DNA of 64,000 nt from a virus. Its lineage: Duplodnaviria; Caudoviricetes. The notes under the pieces were generated by a model that searched no databases, was not told where the DNA came from, and saw nothing but the letters and a program-made list of their open reading frames with translations. Within the stretch, counting starts at the first letter, position 1, and the number at the start of each line of letters is the position of its first letter. This document shows, piece after piece, positions 17,007 to 23,931 of the stretch. The position numbers were made by a program, and so were the translations under genes. The stretch is taken from the IMG/VR virus record IMGVR_UViG_3300020450_000008, one strand, 5' to 3'.

Positions 17007-17834
17007 TTATGCGGCTTTCGCTTGTCTCCACTCTTGAGCTTTTTCGACTGCTGCTATCATTCTTGTCATGCCGATTCCTCCGCCAACTCTTGGAAAGAAA
17101 TCCATAGCTAAGAAGTCTTTAAGCTCTTGTTCAACTCTATCTTTTCCAAATAACTTGTAAAGAAGTTCAGCGTACTTACCTTCACTGATTGTATGAAATG
17201 TATGAGACATTTGTTCTTTATCTGTACTTCTTTCGGCTGATCCAATTGTTTCCATACCGTTTAATATTACATCAATCTTTTTACTTGTCAGTTCATTGTC
17301 GTGTCTTGACATATTCCAAAATGGTGATGTAAATTCTGGAAAGTTTGTAATCATTCCCCAGCCAATCTCGTCTTCATGCTCATTTTCGATCTCTTCAACT
17401 TCAAACTGATCTTGCCACTCTTTGTATGTTCTAATATCAAGTTCTGGAAATCCAAGATATTCACATAGTTCAAGTTCCATTGCTTTGAGATCATCTACGT
17501 CTCCTGGAAACTCAAATTCAAACATTGGGAATATAGTCTCATGACGACCTTCTACTGGTCTTGGTTCTTGTCTGTAGGAAGTGGAGACACAAAAAAACCC
17601 GTTCTCTGACGGGTTAGTTAACAACTCATATTCGAGCCACATCTGGCCCGTTTGCGGTAACGGCCATATATTACCATTGTATTGATATGTAGCCACTGTT
17701 TCTGGATCTTCGCAAGCTGCCAGTATACTCAGTCTATTTTGAGTATGAACTTCATGAAAGCCTTTAGATAAAAAAAAGGACCTTAAAAGGTCCACTGTTT
17801 TTGTAAATTTTTGCGGTTTGATAAGCGATGTCAT
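17007..17834 (-). CDS. Class II (Asp/Asn/Lys-type) aminoacyl-tRNA synthetase catalytic-domain-only paralog (AsnRS2/archaeal asparagine synthetase-like)
   Basis: Motif 1 GFHEVHT, LPQTGQMWLE, motif 2 SYRQE..GRH..IFPMFEFE, DVILNGMETIGSAER and motif 3 GGGIGMTR. No N-terminal anticodon-binding OB fold. Start set at MTSLIK. Confidence 0.85.
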   Translation of the reverse strand: MTSLIKPQKFTKTVDLLRSFFLSKGFHEVHTQNRLSILAACEDPETVATYQYNGNIWPLPQTGQMWLEYELLTNPSENGFFCVSTSYRQEPRPVEGRHETIFPMFEFEFPGDVDDLKAMELELCEYLGFPELDIRTYKEWQDQFEVEEIENEHEDEIGWGMITNFPEFTSPFWNMSRHDNELTSKKIDVILNGMETIGSAERSTDKEQMSHTFHTISEGKYAELLYKLFGKDRVEQELKDFLAMDFFPRVGGGIGMTRMIAAVEKAQEWRQAKAA

Positions 17835-17896
17835 TTTTCTTTCTTTCTGTAAATGTTGCACAATTGTAGTATATATAAGATTTTTTTAAAAAAACG

Positions 17897-17925
17897 TTTA
17901 CAAATGAAAAAAAATATGATAGAAT
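17897..17925 (+). promoter_or_regulatory. Early promoter TTTACA-N17-TAGAAT with upstream A tract
   Basis: Same AAxCGTTTACA context as the three cassette promoters; divergent from the synthetase gene. Confidence 0.75.
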
Positions 17926-17932
17926 AGATATT

Positions 17933-18271
17933 ATGACAATGCATTTAGTGAGAGGTATGACGTCCCTCAGTACAAAAAGACGCAAAATGAAAAAGAAACC
18001 TGGTTGGAATAAAGCCTTATCAGAGCATGAAAAGTTCTTAAAAAAGATGGGTGTAGAGGATCGTCCCAAGTCAAACTTTAGATCCGATATTCCTGATTAT
18101 ACAACTCGTAAAACAGCTCCAACATCAAATAATATTGGCAATGGAATTAAAAAAAACATAAATACATATACTGGAGATCAGATAATTGGTATCAGTGCTA
18201 TGCATAAATCTAATTTGGTTCCAGTGTCGAATAAAAAGAATGCAATTGATATGGCAAAAATGAGGAGATAA
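17933..18271 (+). CDS. Conserved hypothetical protein of marine T4-like phages
   Basis: HEKFLKKMGV...YTG...MHKSNLVPV signature. Confidence 0.75.
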   Translation: MTMHLVRGMTSLSTKRRKMKKKPGWNKALSEHEKFLKKMGVEDRPKSNFRSDIPDYTTRKTAPTSNNIGNGIKKNINTYTGDQIIGISAMHKSNLVPVSNKKNAIDMAKMRR

Positions 18272-18540
18272 TGTTTACGATAGAATATGACCATGATGAG
18301 ACTGTCACGACTGTCTTGGATAATGATGGAAAGCATGAAGATCTTCAGTTGATTATAGGCGATAAATCCGTATATATAAGACAATATAATCCGGGAAAAA
18401 AGACTTATGATTTAATTGAAATATCACCTTTCATGTTTCAAGAACTTATGAAATCAATGGAATACCCAGAAGGTTCTTATTTAACTACCGGAAGATTTCT
18501 ACCAGACAGGACGACACCGAATGGAACGAAAATATATTGA
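18271..18540 (+). CDS. Conserved hypothetical protein
   Basis: FTIEYDHDET...VYIRQY...EGSY. Confidence 0.65.
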   Translation: MFTIEYDHDETVTTVLDNDGKHEDLQLIIGDKSVYIRQYNPGKKTYDLIEISPFMFQELMKSMEYPEGSYLTTGRFLPDRTTPNGTKIY

Positions 18541-19321
18541 CGTCTTAAACGACGGAAAATTAAATATGTGGATAGATATATCTACGTACTGCAATGCATC
18601 TTGTCCAGAATGCCATAGAACAGATATTGAAAATGGCGGCCTAGGAAAAGTCCAATGGCTTCCTCTTGTTCAATGGACTTTTGAAGAATTTAAAAAATCC
18701 TATCCGCCATCTTTTGTTAGTAAAACTAATAGATGGGAATTTTGTGGTACATGGGGAGATCCTGTAATGAATAAGGATTTATTGGATATATGCCAATACG
18801 TCTCTGATAATACTCCAGTTGATGGTGCTGTTGAAATCGATACAAATGGTAGTATAAGACCTTTAAGCTGGTGGGAAAAACTAGGAAAGATAGGCAAAAT
18901 AAAAGTTGATTTTGCTATTGAAGGTATTACTCAGGAAATGCATTCTTTATATAGAAGAAGAACCGATCTAGCAAAAATATTGGCTAATATGAAACGCTTT
19001 ACGGACGCTGGTGGTATTGCAACTGGATTCTGTGTTATACACAAACACAATCAAGATCACCTTCTTGAAATAGAAAATTTATGTAAAGCTTATGGCGCTG
19101 TATTTGTAGACTTTATAGAATCTAATAGATTTAATAAGTCTCCTTTATTTCATTTTTTTAACGAAGAAGATAAAATTGAAGTCCTAGAAAAACCTACTAA
19201 CTATCAATTTCCTGGAGAAGTTAATCATTATGGAAAAACAATACAACAAAAAAATAATACCACAGAGTGGCAGTTACTAGCCCGGCAGGTAGAAAATATC
19301 AAAGAAGAACCAGATATATGA
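18521..19321 (+). CDS. Radical SAM protein (core domain)
   Basis: CNASCPEC CxxxCxxC, GTWGDP, IDTNGS, FAIEG, HNQ. Confidence 0.85.
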   Translation: MERKYIDVLNDGKLNMWIDISTYCNASCPECHRTDIENGGLGKVQWLPLVQWTFEEFKKSYPPSFVSKTNRWEFCGTWGDPVMNKDLLDICQYVSDNTPVDGAVEIDTNGSIRPLSWWEKLGKIGKIKVDFAIEGITQEMHSLYRRRTDLAKILANMKRFTDAGGIATGFCVIHKHNQDHLLEIENLCKAYGAVFVDFIESNRFNKSPLFHFFNEEDKIEVLEKPTNYQFPGEVNHYGKTIQQKNNTTEWQLLARQVENIKEEPDI

Positions 19322-19334
19322 ATAAGGAGTAAAA

Positions 19335-19664
19335 ATGAGTATTGATATAAAGTGCGAGTGGTTGAGTCAAGATAAAATCTTAGTCAATCCAGATGGTCAA
19401 GTATTTCCTTGTTGTTACCTCGCAAATAAATATTATAGAATAGCTCAACAAAAATGGGATATGAAATTTGCATATCGCGAAGAACAAACTGATGATATAA
19501 TCTTCAATTACAAAGAAAATGAAAAAGATCTGAATATAAAAAATAAAACAATGGAAGAAGTTCTTTCTCATAATTGGTATACAAAAGATCTTCCTGAATC
19601 TTGGAAGACCAGAGAAACTGCTAACGATATATGTGTAAAATTTTGTGATCATGGAAATGAGTAG
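19335..19664 (+). CDS. Stand-alone SPASM/twitch Fe-S domain
   Basis: C-x7-VNPDGQVFPCC...ICVKFC; own AAGGAG RBS. Confidence 0.75.
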   Translation: MSIDIKCEWLSQDKILVNPDGQVFPCCYLANKYYRIAQQKWDMKFAYREEQTDDIIFNYKENEKDLNIKNKTMEEVLSHNWYTKDLPESWKTRETANDICVKFCDHGNE

Positions 19665-20526
19665 AATTATATTTTCTGTCTATATTGATCCCAATGAAAT
19701 ATACAATGGTGATCCTTTAGATTTTAAATCAGCGCAGTTATCAAAACACTTAAAGGCCTTAAAATACAAACAAGAAGAATACGCTAAAATATGCGATGCT
19801 GATTATAGGATATATGAGTTAGATGACGCCTATAGGTTATTTCTGGACAAGCTTGATGATCTCGAAGTATTTGAGACTCAATATCAATGTATTCAACATT
19901 ATAAACATTATCTTATGAATGAGTTATCAAATTCGTATGATGAAGTTCTTTACTTAGATTTAGATGTCTTTATTAATACTAAAGAGAATATATTTGAGAC
20001 CTTTAATCTTTCAAATGGTATTGGCATTTATGGATATTTAGATGATAAACCTGAAGATCAAAAAAATATAAAAGAAGGTTGGCTTTCATATATTCCAAAA
20101 CATACAAGTGTATCTGTTAAAACTGCTGCGATGATGTCTCTTTGTGCAAATTTAAAGTGTACATTTCCTAATTATGTTTTTAATACTGCAATAATGCTTG
20201 TAAATAAAAAATATTGTAATAAGATTAATTATATGAACGAACTAAAACATATAAAAGAAACAATAGATGATTTGAAAGAAAATGATGATTGGTGGGCAGA
20301 CTATATTAGAAATTATTTTTCAATCAATAATGAAACGGCACTATCATATCTGGTCCATAAGAATGGTGTTAAATGGCAATCAATAGGACCAGAATGGCAT
20401 TATCCTTATAATAGTAGGAATCAAGCATATGATATACCTGAAGATTCTAAATTTATTCATGTAATTAATAAAGATTTTGTCAAAGTATTTTCTAAATTTA
20501 ATTACTGGGAGTGGTGTTACATATGA
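19645..20526 (+). CDS. GT-A glycosyltransferase-like (paralog of 51993-52925)
   Basis: IIFSVYID, YKHYLM, EVLYLDLDV, FNT, NETALSYL, HVINKDF. Confidence 0.6.
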   Translation: MIMEMSRIIFSVYIDPNEIYNGDPLDFKSAQLSKHLKALKYKQEEYAKICDADYRIYELDDAYRLFLDKLDDLEVFETQYQCIQHYKHYLMNELSNSYDEVLYLDLDVFINTKENIFETFNLSNGIGIYGYLDDKPEDQKNIKEGWLSYIPKHTSVSVKTAAMMSLCANLKCTFPNYVFNTAIMLVNKKYCNKINYMNELKHIKETIDDLKENDDWWADYIRNYFSINNETALSYLVHKNGVKWQSIGPEWHYPYNSRNQAYDIPEDSKFIHVINKDFVKVFSKFNYWEWCYI

Positions 20527-20563
20527 TAGAAACTTTGGTAACCTTATGGTTGATAGAAATAAC

Positions 20564-20691
20564 TGTTACATTTTTGTCACACGTTAAATAAAAAAATAAA
20601 AAAAATCACTTTTATTGAAAATAATCGTTTACATTCTCTCTTTTTTATGGTAGATTAATAGTATAAGGTAAATAAAAAAGGAAGATAAATG
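20564..20691 (+). promoter_or_regulatory. Early promoter cassette copy 3: TGTTAC-N5-TGTCAC, TTTACA-N17-TAGATT, AAGGAAGATAAATG RBS
   Basis: -35 at 20628-20633 and -10 at 20651-20656. Confidence 0.8.
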
Positions 20692-20865
20692 AAAGATATT
20701 TTTGATTATAACAATGTAATAGGCATCCTGATTGGTATGTCTACTGCGCAAAAAGAAACTCTAGCTGAAAAGCTTGTAGACAGATTTCCTTCAACCACTT
20801 ATGATTTTGCATCTGAACTAATGATCAAGTTGCAGGACAAAGAAGCTGAAGAAGGAGTACTATAA
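20689..20865 (+). CDS. 58-aa hypothetical early protein (not in ORF track)
   Basis: MKDIFDYNNV...EGVL directly follows the cassette RBS; TAATG coupling downstream. Confidence 0.65.
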   Translation: MKDIFDYNNVIGILIGMSTAQKETLAEKLVDRFPSTTYDFASELMIKLQDKEAEEGVL

Positions 20866-21086
20866 TGATAGCTATGACAAATACAAAAGGTTTAACATAT
20901 GCAGCAATCATGCTGAAAGTTAAAGATCTTCAAGAGTTAATAACTACTTACAATGCAATTATGGCTGGTCAACTTAACATTGATGAAGATTTGATTAGCA
21001 ATAAAATATTAAAAATGGCTGATGAGTTAGGAATCGATCATGACGAACTTGCCGATCTTGCAACCGCAAACTTTGGAGTTCAGTAA
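20865..21086 (+). CDS. Hypothetical protein
   Basis: Coupled ORF. Confidence 0.55.
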   Translation: MIAMTNTKGLTYAAIMLKVKDLQELITTYNAIMAGQLNIDEDLISNKILKMADELGIDHDELADLATANFGVQ

Positions 21087-21286
21087 TGAAAGAGATGACA
21101 AACTTAGAATTCATGTTCAGAGAAGAACCAGCAAAACTAGCAGCTGAATTAATATCACTTCTTAATGAAAGAGATCAAGTTGATTTTGTTGAGAGACTTG
21201 TTGAAGGTGTTCCAAATAGAGCAAAGGAAATTGCTAAAATGATAAACATCGAAATACGTAATCAAACACCGATGTTTATGGATTAA
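21086..21286 (+). CDS. Hypothetical protein
   Basis: Coupled ORF. Confidence 0.55.
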   Translation: MKEMTNLEFMFREEPAKLAAELISLLNERDQVDFVERLVEGVPNRAKEIAKMINIEIRNQTPMFMD

Positions 21287-21579
21287 TGATGAGTGTATAT
21301 CCTAAAATAGAAGAAGTACATCCAAACAGATTGGTATCATATTACTGTATGTCAAACTATTTGTACTATGAAAAAGAAAAGAATGTTCTTACCGATGGCG
21401 ATTACGATGGTCTTTGTAAAAGAATACTAAAAGAATGGTCAAACATAGAACATCAACACAAAAACAAAATATCAAAAGAAGCTCTTGAAGCTGGTACTGG
21501 TTTCAGAATGCGTTATACAAATTTAATTATGGATGCAGCTAATCATTGGCTGAAGATGTGGGAGAAAGAAAATGGCTAA
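21286..21579 (+). CDS. Stand-alone NAD+-DNA ligase domain Ia-like protein
   Basis: NYLYYEKEKNVLTDGDYDGLCKRI resembles LigA Ia (Y-x-YY...isD-x-x-YD-x-L). Confidence 0.6.
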   Translation: MMSVYPKIEEVHPNRLVSYYCMSNYLYYEKEKNVLTDGDYDGLCKRILKEWSNIEHQHKNKISKEALEAGTGFRMRYTNLIMDAANHWLKMWEKENG

Positions 21580-22687
21580 GAGAAAAAAGAATAAAGTAAT
21601 TTCAAGACGTTCGAGTACTGGTATTACAGCAGCACCAACAAAATCATTTCATTGGTTTGCAGATTATCTTAGAATGGAAGTTGACAAGAAAGAAATAGGT
21701 CAAACTATCAAAGGATATTTTAAAGCTAATACAACAAAGGCTGAATATAAAATAATACAACAGGCTCCTGATTGGGCATTTAGTTCAAAAACATATTTTG
21801 CTGCTATGATCGCTTGGAAAGCATTAGGATATGAATATGATGCTGGTGGTAATGAAGCTGAAAACTATGAAAGAAATAAAGAAGAGTTTATCAGACTTGG
21901 AAATAAAAGAATTGAGGAAAAGAAAAATGAGTCAAAAGATAAAAAGCCAAAAAGATCAATTCAAGAAATTATTGCCGAAAAAACTAGCGACCTTATTTCT
22001 GAAGTGGAAGAAGTTCTTGACGGATATCACGAAAAAGGACATGAAGAGTCAATGAACTATTCCTTGTATAAGGAACTTAGTTTACGAGTTGCTCCAAACA
22101 ATATGGCCAAAGCCGTATTTGATTATTACACTCCAATCAAAGATGAAATAAAAGAATTGGTTGAAGATAAACCAGAAGATCTTGTTGAGGCATATTCATA
22201 TATGAATACTAGTCAGCGAAAAAAGTACCTCCAATTTCTTGAATATATAGTATCGGATGTTGAAAAATACATGGCGTCAAAGAAAGCTGTTAGAAAGGTA
22301 AAAATCGCAAAGCCGAAGAGTGCACTTAAACAGATTGCTAAAATACAGTATTTAAAAGAGTCAATGGAAGACAAACTTACTTCAATTAATCCTGCCGCGA
22401 TTGTTGGAGCACATAGACTCTACACATATAATATTAAATATAAAAAGCTAACAGAGTTGGTTAGTAATGGGAAAGGTTTTGAAATCAGTGGATCTACAAT
22501 TAAAAATCTTGATAACGATCTCAGTCGCTCTATTTCCTTACGTAAGCCTGTGGATGTATTACCTATGGTACTTAAAAAGACCCCGCCACAAATCAGGGCG
22601 GTATGGAATGAGCTCACCACTAAGACAGCGAGCGCTAATGGTCGAATAAACAAAGAAACAATCTTATTAAGGGCAATGGATAAATGA
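21572..22687 (+). CDS. Conserved T4-like hypothetical protein upstream of gp33
   Basis: C-terminal INP..IVGA..L..YN.KYKKL...SLRKP..NGRIN..TILL; syntenic position. Confidence 0.7.
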   Translation: MAKRKKNKVISRRSSTGITAAPTKSFHWFADYLRMEVDKKEIGQTIKGYFKANTTKAEYKIIQQAPDWAFSSKTYFAAMIAWKALGYEYDAGGNEAENYERNKEEFIRLGNKRIEEKKNESKDKKPKRSIQEIIAEKTSDLISEVEEVLDGYHEKGHEESMNYSLYKELSLRVAPNNMAKAVFDYYTPIKDEIKELVEDKPEDLVEAYSYMNTSQRKKYLQFLEYIVSDVEKYMASKKAVRKVKIAKPKSALKQIAKIQYLKESMEDKLTSINPAAIVGAHRLYTYNIKYKKLTELVSNGKGFEISGSTIKNLDNDLSRSISLRKPVDVLPMVLKKTPPQIRAVWNELTTKTASANGRINKETILLRAMDK

Positions 22688-22920
22688 GTACAAAAGAACC
22701 GGAATTCATGAATAGATCTAAGTTTACTAAACTTATAGAAGCTCAGGTCTTGGAAAGAAAACTTGGCTATATAGATGCTATAGTCGAAGTATGTGAGATA
22801 ACAAATATAGATCCAGAGGATGTGAAAAAATTTATCTCACCAGTAGTCAAAGAGAAGCTTGAAGCAGAGGCAATGAAATTAAACTATTTGCCAAAACAAA
22901 ATGAGCTTGTTTTTGAATAA
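22684..22920 (+). CDS. gp33: Late-promoter transcription coactivator
   Basis: FTKLIE...YIDAIVEVCE...KEKLEAEAMKLNYL; directly upstream of gp32. Confidence 0.85.
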   Translation: MSTKEPEFMNRSKFTKLIEAQVLERKLGYIDAIVEVCEITNIDPEDVKKFISPVVKEKLEAEAMKLNYLPKQNELVFE

Positions 22921-22925
22921 ATATA

Positions 22926-22954
22926 TGTACAAATAAGTGAAAATAGTATATAAT
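22926..22954 (+). promoter_or_regulatory. Promoter TGTACA-N17-TATAAT for gp32, followed by an unstructured AT-rich leader
   Basis: Hexamers at 22926-22931 and 22949-22954; leader has an imperfect TACAGYAAT duplication. Confidence 0.6.
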
Positions 22955-22995
22955 AATAATATAATACAGCAATATTACAGTAATAAGGAGAAAAT

Positions 22996-23931
22996 ATGTC
23001 TTTTGCTAATTTAAAAAGGAACAGAAGTTCCATCGATAATCTCGTCAAAGCTGCTGAAGCAGTAGGCGGAAATACTCAAAAACAAAACTTTGGTGACGAT
23101 CGAATGTGGAAACCAACTGTTGATAAATCCAACAATGGTTATGCCGTAATTCGTTTCCTCCCTGCCAACGAGGGTTCTGAACTTCCTTGGAATCGATATT
23201 GGGATCATGGTTTTAAAGGTCCAACAGGTAGATGGTATATTGAAAAGTCTTTAACATCTATTGGACAAAATGATCCAGTTGGAGAATTAAATTCTAGACT
23301 TTGGAATACGGGTCTGGAGTCTGATAAAGCAAAAGCTCGAACTCAAAAAAGAAGACTACATTATGTATCAAACATATTGGTAGTCAATGATCCTGGAAAC
23401 CCATCTAATGATGGTAAAGTCTTCATCTATCAATATGGTAAAAAAATATTTGATAAAATTATGGATGCAATGCAACCAGAGTTTGAAGATGAAGCTCCAC
23501 TTAATCCATTTGATTTTTGGGAAGGTGCTAACTTTAAACTTAAAATCAGAGATGTAGAAGGTTATCGTAATTATGATAAATCAGAGTTTGATAGACAAAC
23601 ACCTCTATCAGAAGATGATACCTATCTTGAAGAAGTGTATAATAAAATGCACAAGCTTGAAGAGTTTACCGATCCTAAATCATATAAAACATATGATGAG
23701 CTTAAAACAAAACTTGCCAGTGTTCTAGGTGAAGATGCTTTTGGTGGTGCTTCTACAATGAGAGATGAAGTAAAACTAGGTAATAGTTCTCCTCCTCCAT
23801 CAATGAAAACCGAAGAGGTTTTAGATGATGCGATTCCTGATTTTAATGAAACAGCAGAAGATACTTCATCTAAAAAGAAAGATGAAGATGACACAATGTC
23901 ATATTTTGCTAACCTAGTTAACGACGATTAA
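22996..23931 (+). CDS. gp32: Single-stranded DNA-binding protein
   Basis: DDRMWKP, AVIRFLP, HGFKGPTGRWYIE, YGKKIFDKI, PFDFWEGANFKLK, NYDKSEF, acidic tail. Confidence 0.97.
   Translation: MSFANLKRNRSSIDNLVKAAEAVGGNTQKQNFGDDRMWKPTVDKSNNGYAVIRFLPANEGSELPWNRYWDHGFKGPTGRWYIEKSLTSIGQNDPVGELNSRLWNTGLESDKAKARTQKRRLHYVSNILVVNDPGNPSNDGKVFIYQYGKKIFDKIMDAMQPEFEDEAPLNPFDFWEGANFKLKIRDVEGYRNYDKSEFDRQTPLSEDDTYLEEVYNKMHKLEEFTDPKSYKTYDELKTKLASVLGEDAFGGASTMRDEVKLGNSSPPPSMKTEEVLDDAIPDFNETAEDTSSKKKDEDDTMSYFANLVNDD

Noticed and set aside
17007-17834. Calling the synthetase paralog EpmA (EF-P lysyltransferase) or a full AsnRS
   Set aside because: It lacks the anticodon-binding domain of AsnRS, and its motifs look Asn/Asp-type rather than LysRS-derived; EpmA cannot be fully excluded without a phylogeny.
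20689-21286. Possible paralogy between ORFs 20689 and 21086
   Set aside because: Similarity (LAEKLVDRFP versus FVERLVEGVP) is too short to support without an alignment score.
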